Shown here: positions 9,345 to 16,394 of the stretch, one piece after another
Numbering within the stretch: the stretch's first letter is position 1
Layout: the number at the start of each line of letters is the position of its first letter
Source of the DNA: a virus
Lineage: Duplodnaviria; Caudoviricetes
Reading direction: 5' to 3' (one strand)
Length of the DNA stretch: 31,563 bases
Virus record (IMG/VR): IMGVR_UViG_3300012890_000011
Coordinates: 1 to 31,563 of that record
Position numbers and translations under genes: made by a program
The notes under the pieces: generated by a model
What the model saw: only the letters and a program-made list of their open reading frames with translations
What the model was told of the DNA's origin: nothing
The model's database searches: none

Positions 9345-9350
9345 CCTCTC

Positions 9351-12296
9351 ATGTCCACCATCATCGGTTCCTACAGCCTCGACGTCCCGGCGACGGCGGC
9401 CTGGACCATCGGACCGACCTTCAAGCGAGGCGAGCTCGTCCGCGTCGTAGCGGGCGGGTCCGTACGCTGGAAAAGGACCTCGAGCGGCGGGGGCGATTCT
9501 CTCCCGGACCACGATCGAAGCTGGAACTTCGGCTGTACCCAGTCGCAGCCCGGCGACGTGCCGTGGGCGATCACATCGGGCGGCCCCGGCCTCGCGAGCG
9601 CGTCGTTGCCTCCGACGAAGACCTCGTACTGGCTCAGGCCCGCCGCCGCCTCTCAAGCGACCGGGGGCACGATCCCGGACGGCGCGACGGTCACCGGGGT
9701 CCAGCTCGACTTCATCCTGAGCGCGTCGGCGGAGTCGTCGGGCGGGTCGTTCACCGGCTACACCCCGACCTACGGCTACGAGAACACCGCTCCCGGACTG
9801 CCCGTGTGGCACTCGGTCGTCGGCTCGACGGACACGCCGATCGCCACGGGATACACCCAGAACCCCGCCTTTCAGCCCACCGTCAACCCTGCCCTCAAGG
9901 GGGTCGACGCGGCCTACTGCTACTTCCTCGCCAGCGGGGCGCAAGGGAACGGGGCGGACTTCCAGCTCGGCCAGTTCGACGCCCCCGCGAATTCGGCCTA
10001 TCCCGCGAACTCGACGGTAAGGGTCCGCGTCAAGGCTCCGTCGGGGTCTGGAATCGCCATCGTGACGCAGTACGGCGGGTCGATGAACGGAGCCGCCGAC
10101 CCGCCGATCTCCTACACGGCGACGGGCGACTGGCAGGAGATCGACCACCCGATCAAGCGGGCGATGACCGACGCCGCCACCCAGCTCTATCTCGCCGTAA
10201 GCCCCGCCGCGACCGGAACGACCTACCTCGACCAGGTCGCCTTGAGGAAGACGAACGCGCCCGTCGCCGAGGGGGCAAACCAAGCCGACACGAGCGCCGT
10301 GGCGACGGACGCGCCGATCGCGGACGGCGATCTCACCGCCGTGTTCGACGCGACGTTCGGGGTCTCGCAGATCGGCTCGACCGGCGTCGTCCCCGTCGCG
10401 GGCGGATCGTCGACCGTGACCCTCGGCGGTCCCGGCGAGACGTTCGGTCGGACGTGGACGGCGGCGAACGCCTCCTCTCTGGGTTGGGACGCGCGGGGCT
10501 TCAACTCGCTCACGAGCGGCACGAACCGGACCCTCGCCCTCCTGGGGGTGAACGCGACGTTCTACGTGAGCGGCGGGGAGACCTTCTCCTACTCGTACGC
10601 GCTCCCCGAGGGCGCGTACCCCTCGGACTTTCCCGAGGTCCACCTCTACGAGCCCGGGGCGGTCCTGCAGGCCGACGCTTGGCCCGGTTCGGCCCTGGTG
10701 GCGAGCGGGCGCCCGCCTCTGTCTCTCGCGATGCTCATCCTGCCAGACGGGCAGACGCCGCCCTTCGCCGCGACGTCCGGGTGTCTCTCGCCCTTGCGGC
10801 GAGGGACCTACGACGCGGAGACCGGGCTCGGCGCGACCGAACCGAACCTCTTCTACCGGCTCTGGTTCGTCGTCAACGACGGGCTGGGCGACTTCTCCGA
10901 CGACCAGGGCGGCTACTCCGTCCTCATCGAACGCATCCGAACCACGACCATGAGTCTCCCCCTCGAATCCCTCGTCTCTCCCCGCTTCGGTCTCCAGACC
11001 GGCGTGGGCGTCCGTTCCGACGTGTTCCGGATGCTCGGCTGCATCGCGGACAAGGGTTTCAAGCCCAAGCCCGACCAGCAGTGGGAGGAGAGCGGCACGG
11101 CAGGCTTCGGCTACCAGACCGACTCGAACCTCATCTACGACGTCTCCAACGGCGACGTGACCCTCAACCTCGACACCCTCGACACGGGCTACGTGCTCTA
11201 CTCCGTCTTCGGCGGCGAGAAGGTCACGACCCTCGCGCCGGGCGTCTACAAGCACGACTTCGAGTTCGACGTCTTCACCCAGGCGATCGCGCCCGCCTAC
11301 AGCGCGCAGACCCCCACCGAGGCAGGCGAGATCGCCCAGGCCATGATGGACCTGATCTTCAACGGCTTCAAGCTGAGCGCCGACCCCGGCAAGCTGCCGA
11401 CCGCCTCCAGCGCGTTCATCGCGGGCAAGCTGAACCTCACCGGGGACGCGGATATGCCCACGCTGTCCTCAGGCGTCAGCGCGGTCCAGGTGGTCAGCGT
11501 GAACGGCAACCCGACGAGCGGCACGTTCGTCCTGCTCGACCACACCAAGGCGTCGGGGATCGTCAACACGACCGACGTCGCCAGCGCGGTCCAGACGGCG
11601 GTGCGGCTGCTCGGCAACGACTACGCCAACGCGACCGTCGCGGGCAGCGCGGGAGCCTGGACGATCACCAGCCCGACCGGCAAGCGGCTCGCGCCCCTCG
11701 TGCCCGACTACACGGACGCCGGGAACCAGAGCACGCTCGTGGGCGGCACCGCCCCGACGGTCACCGTCGCGGTCACCAACCCCGGCGGCTTCAAGATCAA
11801 TCCGGTGGCGCGGTGCGGAGCCCAGTCCTGGTGCGTGAAGGTCGCGCCGACCTGGACGGCCATGGAGAACGCCCCGATCGTGATGACGGACAACTGGAGC
11901 TCCAACGTCACGATCGGCGAGCGGTACGTCCGGAAGTGGATCCAGGGCTGCTCGCCCGGCGCCTTCACCTACAACCAGAAGGACGGTAAGGACATCGTGG
12001 ACACCATGGAGCTGGAGATGGCCCTGGTCGATCCGGTGCGGACCTTCCTCAGCGCCGCGCGTTCCGGCCAGCGGCTTTGCGCGCGGCTCCTGTCCACCGG
12101 AGCCCAGATCGGCGCGACGGCCTATAAGCGGTCGATGACGATCGACATGGACGGTCAGGCGAAGTGGCCGGACAACACCGACAGCGACAACGTCCGGTCG
12201 GTGAAGATCGACTTCCGCGCCCTCTACAACATCGCCTCAGGACAAATGTTGAGGATCTCTTTGGTTAATGAACTGGCGTCGTACGCGACGAACTGA
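9351..12296 (+). CDS. 981-aa fusion: N-terminal lectin/carbohydrate-binding region plus C-terminal major tail tube protein
   Basis: One uninterrupted ORF; aa 534-981 has tail-tube features (FGLQT..G, G.YKH.F, isLVN..ASY end); N-terminal part has LecA-like and CBM-like motifs. Confidence 0.75.
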   Translation: MSTIIGSYSLDVPATAAWTIGPTFKRGELVRVVAGGSVRWKRTSSGGGDSLPDHDRSWNFGCTQSQPGDVPWAITSGGPGLASASLPPTKTSYWLRPAAASQATGGTIPDGATVTGVQLDFILSASAESSGGSFTGYTPTYGYENTAPGLPVWHSVVGSTDTPIATGYTQNPAFQPTVNPALKGVDAAYCYFLASGAQGNGADFQLGQFDAPANSAYPANSTVRVRVKAPSGSGIAIVTQYGGSMNGAADPPISYTATGDWQEIDHPIKRAMTDAATQLYLAVSPAATGTTYLDQVALRKTNAPVAEGANQADTSAVATDAPIADGDLTAVFDATFGVSQIGSTGVVPVAGGSSTVTLGGPGETFGRTWTAANASSLGWDARGFNSLTSGTNRTLALLGVNATFYVSGGETFSYSYALPEGAYPSDFPEVHLYEPGAVLQADAWPGSALVASGRPPLSLAMLILPDGQTPPFAATSGCLSPLRRGTYDAETGLGATEPNLFYRLWFVVNDGLGDFSDDQGGYSVLIERIRTTTMSLPLESLVSPRFGLQTGVGVRSDVFRMLGCIADKGFKPKPDQQWEESGTAGFGYQTDSNLIYDVSNGDVTLNLDTLDTGYVLYSVFGGEKVTTLAPGVYKHDFEFDVFTQAIAPAYSAQTPTEAGEIAQAMMDLIFNGFKLSADPGKLPTASSAFIAGKLNLTGDADMPTLSSGVSAVQVVSVNGNPTSGTFVLLDHTKASGIVNTTDVASAVQTAVRLLGNDYANATVAGSAGAWTITSPTGKRLAPLVPDYTDAGNQSTLVGGTAPTVTVAVTNPGGFKINPVARCGAQSWCVKVAPTWTAMENAPIVMTDNWSSNVTIGERYVRKWIQGCSPGAFTYNQKDGKDIVDTMELEMALVDPVRTFLSAARSGQRLCARLLSTGAQIGATAYKRSMTIDMDGQAKWPDNTDSDNVRSVKIDFRALYNIASGQMLRISLVNELASYATN
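10950..12296 (+). CDS. Major tail tube protein, probable internal start MSLPLESLVSP
   Basis: In-frame ATG in a cc-ATG context like other starts here; precedes the tail chaperones. Confidence 0.6.
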   Translation: MSLPLESLVSPRFGLQTGVGVRSDVFRMLGCIADKGFKPKPDQQWEESGTAGFGYQTDSNLIYDVSNGDVTLNLDTLDTGYVLYSVFGGEKVTTLAPGVYKHDFEFDVFTQAIAPAYSAQTPTEAGEIAQAMMDLIFNGFKLSADPGKLPTASSAFIAGKLNLTGDADMPTLSSGVSAVQVVSVNGNPTSGTFVLLDHTKASGIVNTTDVASAVQTAVRLLGNDYANATVAGSAGAWTITSPTGKRLAPLVPDYTDAGNQSTLVGGTAPTVTVAVTNPGGFKINPVARCGAQSWCVKVAPTWTAMENAPIVMTDNWSSNVTIGERYVRKWIQGCSPGAFTYNQKDGKDIVDTMELEMALVDPVRTFLSAARSGQRLCARLLSTGAQIGATAYKRSMTIDMDGQAKWPDNTDSDNVRSVKIDFRALYNIASGQMLRISLVNELASYATN

Positions 12297-12561
12297 ATAC
12301 AGGGAGCGTCAGCATCCACGGGCCCAGTGACTTAAAGGGCCGGAAAGCCACAAAATCCTGAGCCCAGCCAAACCGTTTTGTGGCACAGACGATCCTAGCA
12401 GAGCTTCTTGGGTTCATCAAGGCGCAAGGTCCACCTCACGATAAGGGCCAAACGCCAGGAATATTTAAGTTCTTGTACCAAAAAACGTAAACTGATGTTT
12501 TAAAATAGGAACGTCTCAAGGTGGGTGCCGTCAGCGGACCTCCATCGAGCAAGGAAGAATT
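12297..12561 (+). promoter_or_regulatory. AT-rich region, probable promoter of the lectin moron
   Basis: Sharp GC drop, A-tracts, TAAAAT at 12501-12506, AAGGAAG before ATG 12562. Confidence 0.45.
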
Positions 12562-13089
12562 ATGAGCAATGGCTTCGACAATCGCTTCGTGATCCTCGCG
12601 TACTCACCCGCTGCTGGGCAGGCTGTCACCTATAACGGCTCGTCCAATACGGAGCTTACGTTGCAGGATTATGACTGGTCAAATCCTGTACCCGACAACC
12701 AAGCGTGGCAGCTGGTGCCACAGGAGAACACAGGAGGCTCCTCAAACAACTGGGGATTCGCTCTCGTGAACCTCGCCACGGGGAACGCTATGTCGGCCAA
12801 CGGCAACGCTGCCGCTCCTCTCAGCATGGTGGAGTTTGCCTTTCGATCAACTAACTTCGACACCTTCGGCCTCATTGCCACTGGTCCGGCCTACCTGTCC
12901 TATGCGATTCAGAGCAACTCCAGCCCCAACCTCTGGTGGGGGGATGCGAACGGGAGCTATAACGTGGGCGATCCGGTCTCGCTCGTCGCCACGACGACGC
13001 CTTTCGAATGGCTCCTCCTCCCTTGTGCGGACTACCTACCCGGCAGAAGCGAAGAGGACGCGATGCAGAGAGTTCGCCGACGCACTTGA
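12562..13089 (+). CDS. Ricin-B / beta-trefoil lectin-like protein (moron)
   Basis: NQAWQL (QxW), FALVNLATG.AM, three-fold beta pattern ending FEWLL; lower GC3; no signal peptide. Confidence 0.7.
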   Translation: MSNGFDNRFVILAYSPAAGQAVTYNGSSNTELTLQDYDWSNPVPDNQAWQLVPQENTGGSSNNWGFALVNLATGNAMSANGNAAAPLSMVEFAFRSTNFDTFGLIATGPAYLSYAIQSNSSPNLWWGDANGSYNVGDPVSLVATTTPFEWLLLPCADYLPGRSEEDAMQRVRRRT

Positions 13090-13114
13090 AGCAAGCCCAC
13101 CCCGAAACTCTCCC

Positions 13115-13160
13115 GCGAGGGCCGCGACTCCAGACCGGAGTCGCGGCCCTCGCCCCTTTT
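13115..13160 (+). terminator. 17-bp perfect hairpin, putative terminator
   Basis: gcgagggccgcgactcc-agacc-ggagtcgcggccctcgc followed by ccctttt. Confidence 0.7.
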
Positions 13161-13169
13161 CCCGATCCT

Positions 13170-13217
13170 ATGTCCACTCTAATCGTCAACGAAATCCCAA
13201 GCTACGCCACCAACTAA
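13170..13217 (+). CDS. 15-aa mini-ORF MSTLIVNEIPSYATN, copy of the tail tube C-terminus
   Basis: 8/11 aa identical to LVNELASYATN (12261-12296); stop lies 1 nt before the chaperone ATG. Confidence 0.55.
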   Translation: MSTLIVNEIPSYATN

Positions 13218-13218
13218 G

Positions 13219-13707
13219 ATGAGCAAGACCACCCCCGCCCCCAACCTCGTCAACTTCGCCCAGCTCCGTGTGGACGGACAGCGCACCGTGGAGGTGAAGG
13301 TGCGCGGCAACGTCGTCCGCGTCACTGAGAGGCTCGAGGACGATTCCACCGTGGACAAGGAGATCGGACGCGCGCGCCTCACCGCCCAGCGCGGCACCCG
13401 GGCCGCGCAGGCCCTTCTGGCGACGTCGACCGACAACCCGGACGAGAAGCAGGCCCGAGAGGCGGAACTCGCTAGGGCCACGGCCTCCATGGACGCGCTA
13501 AACGTGGCGGTGACCTTCGACCGGCGGCGGATCGTCTGCAAGCGGATCGAGAGCAGGTTCGTCGAGTGGAACATCGTCGGCCCTGACAACAGGGCGCTTC
13601 CGCTCGACTTCGACGGGCTCTACGACGGTCCTCTCGGGACGACCACGCTCGAAGAGATCTTCCAGACGGTCCAGGAAGAGCCCTTCGTGGGGGAAGCGAG
13701 CGCCTAG
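13219..13707 (+). CDS. Tail assembly chaperone (gpG-like)
   Basis: Between tube and tape measure; VEWNIVGPD..ALP motif; ends with slippery GGGGGAA. Confidence 0.8.
   Translation: MSKTTPAPNLVNFAQLRVDGQRTVEVKVRGNVVRVTERLEDDSTVDKEIGRARLTAQRGTRAAQALLATSTDNPDEKQAREAELARATASMDALNVAVTFDRRRIVCKRIESRFVEWNIVGPDNRALPLDFDGLYDGPLGTTTLEEIFQTVQEEPFVGEASA
13689..13695 (+). other. Programmed -1 ribosomal frameshift site G GGG GAA
   Basis: Correctly phased in the last codons of the chaperone; the -1 frame is open for 94 codons. Confidence 0.8.
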
Positions 13708-13976
13708 CCCTTCAGGAGTGGATCTACCGCCGACTGAAGGAGTCTAGGCTTCCTGACTACACCGGCCCGGAGGAAAGGCTATGGTGCTTCCTCCCGGGCT
13801 GGGTCCGCTACTTCTGGCGTGCCCGCGAGATGAAAGGCGCGGTCACGCTCTGGGAGCTGATGGACATGAGCTATTCGCCGGGGATGGGCCGCGCGGTCAC
13901 CGCGATGGCCGACGCTCTCGCCTCGGCCGAGAACGCGGCGCAGGCGGCGTTCAGCAAGGAAAAGGACGGCAAGTAA
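13692..13976 (+). CDS. gpT-like extension of the frameshifted gpGT chaperone (GSERLALQEWIY...AFSKEKDGK)
   Basis: Open -1 frame from the slippery site to TAA 13976; not in the supplied ORF track. Confidence 0.78.
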   Translation, partial: GSERLALQEWIYRRLKESRLPDYTGPEERLWCFLPGWVRYFWRAREMKGAVTLWELMDMSYSPGMGRAVTAMADALASAENAAQAAFSKEKDGK

Positions 13977-14107
13977 AACGACATGACGCCTAGTTACATA
14001 GGTAAGGGAACAAAAGTACTATCTAAAAAAATTTATTAATTAGTGCCTTCGTTGTCGGAAAAACTGTCGTAATATCTGTTACAGAAGCGATTAAACGACG
14101 CTTCAGT
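13977..14107 (+). promoter_or_regulatory. Very AT-rich region, probable promoter of the accessory cassette
   Basis: ctaaaaaaatttattaatta plus TTGTCG/TAATAT-like hexamers; exact boxes not assigned. Confidence 0.45.
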
Positions 14108-14368
14108 ATGAGCAACATGGCAGATTCAACCTACAGCCCAACCAACATCGAATCCGGCGGCAGCGCTCCCTATCCGGCAGGAACGATCGCTTCTTGCACG
14201 ACGGCGTACTCGAGCGGATCCGGTACCCCTTCGGCCAAGATCACCAACAACGGCACGACGTCAACGATCACGGAGTTCCCCCACACGGACGTCGGCATCA
14301 CGACGGCTTACACCGTCTACAACTCGAGCCAAGGCGAGGTCGATCTCCTCGTTACGCCCTCTAACTGA
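14108..14368 (+). CDS. Hypothetical 86-aa Ser/Thr-rich beta protein
   Basis: Coding-like codon usage after the AT-rich region; no family recognised. Confidence 0.65.
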   Translation: MSNMADSTYSPTNIESGGSAPYPAGTIASCTTAYSSGSGTPSAKITNNGTTSTITEFPHTDVGITTAYTVYNSSQGEVDLLVTPSN

Positions 14369-14508
14369 GGCGCCCTGAGTCGGCAAGGGCTGGGATATCT
14401 TTCCCCGCCCTTCCACGACCGATGCGCAAGACGCGTTCCATGCGCGTTCGATAGGAAGACGCCTTCGGATCGGCCTTCGCCAATATCCGTCCCGAACCCA
14501 GAGACAAC

Positions 14509-15033
14509 ATGTCAGACCAACAGACCTCCACTCCTTCGCCCAACCCTGGTTACCAGTGCCAGATGGCCTTCGTCGCCGAGCAGCTCCTCTTGGGGGCCTT
14601 GACCAGCAACGACCCGACGTACACGAGCAACTTCTACAACGCCATGGCCCCGTTCTTCGCCATGTCGGGATACGCGCTCTCGCCCTACCAGTTCGTCGAC
14701 TTCGACAAGTTCGCCAAGAGCGACGAGGTGGGCCTCAGCGCCCACTTCACGCGTGTACTCGGAGGCGAGAAGCTTACTGAAGTGGACTTCCCGAGTCTCA
14801 AGTGCGCGGCCTGCAAAGTCTCCTCGTACGCGGTCGCGGGCTTGATCGTCGCCGCCGGGGCGGCGGCCCTCTCCTACCTGACCGTGGGCTCCTCTATCGT
14901 CATCGCCTTGGCCGGCATCGCGGGGGTCTCGCTCGAAGCCGCTCTGGCGTTTGCGGTGACCCTCGGCGGCGTGGTCTCAGGAGGAGTTGGAAAGGTCGTC
15001 GAGGCGATCTGCGAATGGGTCGGCGTCTGTTAG
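14509..15033 (+). CDS. Putative precursor of a halocin C8 / saposin-like hydrophobic peptide
   Basis: C-terminal 76 aa: CAACK, then Gly/Ala/Val hydrophobic helices, then ICEWVGVC. Confidence 0.55.
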   Translation: MSDQQTSTPSPNPGYQCQMAFVAEQLLLGALTSNDPTYTSNFYNAMAPFFAMSGYALSPYQFVDFDKFAKSDEVGLSAHFTRVLGGEKLTEVDFPSLKCAACKVSSYAVAGLIVAAGAAALSYLTVGSSIVIALAGIAGVSLEAALAFAVTLGGVVSGGVGKVVEAICEWVGVC

Positions 15034-15289
15034 ACACTGAGAAGCCTAGGGATTGAGCCAATCGTTTCGCACGCATTGTGCAAAAAGGTGATGAACGTTC
15101 GTTAGGGGTTCATCGCCCTTTCCATCGAAATGGAGCTCAATCCGCGTTCGACAAAGAGAAGGCCGGAACTTAGCCTCTTCCACCCTTAAGATGTTTAACC
15201 CTACGATTACAACCTGGCGTCGCGCAATTGATCTCATAGATGGGCGATGGTGGACGTCATCCGGACGTGTCAGTGATTGGGAGTAATGT

Positions 15290-15703
15290 ATGATAAGATC
15301 AACGATGCACTATCCTATCAAAGCACCTGCCAATCTTTTCACCTGCGAGTTGACCCTCGTTAGCCCAGGGTTGAACCTTGGTGTCCGCTTCGATAGCAAC
15401 GAGAGCAACACGACCTACGGCGGTTCGCTGCTCGTGAACGGGCCTGTTAGCGTCGCTCCGATCGTGGTCGGCATCTGGGACGGCGACGGCGACGTGTTCT
15501 TTACGCTGTACGATCTCCAGGATGGAGCGGTCGGCGAGTCGGTCTCCAGCCTCGTAATCGACGCGGGGGCGGGAGGCGTCCCCGCCACCCCGTATGTGAA
15601 GGTGTTCAGCCATAGCGGACTTGCGTGCGACGTCGTTCAGACTGGCGGAGATCCCGTCACCAACGCTCTCAAGTACACCCTCACTGTTAGCGTGGCCCCG
15701 TAA
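15290..15703 (+). CDS. Hypothetical acidic beta-rich protein
   Basis: Clean ORF, start at 15290 or 15305; no family recognised. Confidence 0.65.
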   Translation: MIRSTMHYPIKAPANLFTCELTLVSPGLNLGVRFDSNESNTTYGGSLLVNGPVSVAPIVVGIWDGDGDVFFTLYDLQDGAVGESVSSLVIDAGAGGVPATPYVKVFSHSGLACDVVQTGGDPVTNALKYTLTVSVAP

Positions 15704-15738
15704 TATCCTGCGCGGTCGAACTTAAAAGAACGAGCACC

Positions 15739-16170
15739 ATGGCCAACACCTCCAACTACACCTTCAATATCTCCCTGCTTGACGGCATGCCCCCGGTTCT
15801 TTGGCAGCCGGGCACCATGGAACTGACGGTCGTCTTCGACGACTCTTCGACGGACGTTGGCACGGTGACGGGCAGCCTCTCCGTACCCGGATGGTACTCC
15901 GAGCCATTCCCCCTCGCTGGCAAAACCGTAGGCAGCGCAGAGGCCGCGCTCGCAGTGGCCGTGACCGGCACGACCAAGGAGGGCGAGGCGGATCTGGCGG
16001 TCTCGCTTCTGGAAGATGGCTTCCTCTATAGCACGACCTACCTCGGAGGCACGGCGTCGATCTCCGACAGTGCGGCTCATGAGACCTACGCCTACGCGAT
16101 CACCGGCTACACCGGCGAGCCCGGTACTGAGCCGAAGCAGAGCCGCCATTCGCGAGCCAAGGCTTCCTGA
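15739..16170 (+). CDS. Hypothetical acidic beta-rich protein
   Basis: Clean 143-aa ORF 35 nt after the previous gene; alternating beta pattern. Confidence 0.65.
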   Translation: MANTSNYTFNISLLDGMPPVLWQPGTMELTVVFDDSSTDVGTVTGSLSVPGWYSEPFPLAGKTVGSAEAALAVAVTGTTKEGEADLAVSLLEDGFLYSTTYLGGTASISDSAAHETYAYAITGYTGEPGTEPKQSRHSRAKAS

Positions 16171-16303
16171 CCATCCATGCGGCGGCGTACCTGTGATAAG
16201 GAGAGCGCTTGTTCCTTCCTGCGCTCAGGGTCGCCACGGGCCCCTCGCCATGTCGGGGGCGAAGCGAACGGCGACCTCGGTACGACCGAGGAGCCTTTTC
16301 ACG

Positions 16304-16348
16304 AAGGCGGAGCGGACGGCCTTCAGCAAGGAAAAGAGCGCAAAGTAG
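16304..16348 (+). repeat. Diverged copy of the gpGT 3' end
   Basis: TTCAGCAAGGAAAAG exact at 13950-13964 and 16322-16336; AAQAAFSKEKDGK* versus AERTAFSKEKSAK*. Confidence 0.8.
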
Positions 16349-16394
16349 GCACTTTAGAGTTCAAGAGGATTGGATCGGCGCTAATATTTGCGCG

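Noticed and set aside
12297-13181. Group I/II intron interrupting the tail tube
   Set aside because: The upstream gene is complete with its own stop; no intron core motifs, maturase or homing endonuclease recognised.
13781-13993. 70-aa ORF downstream of the tail chaperone
   Set aside because: Wrong frame; the -1 frame 13692..13976 is continuous from the slippery site and has better codon usage.
15034-15289. Low-GC intergenic stretch and ORF 15046..15237 (-)
   Set aside because: No convincing codon bias, structure or repeats; probably a promoter region.
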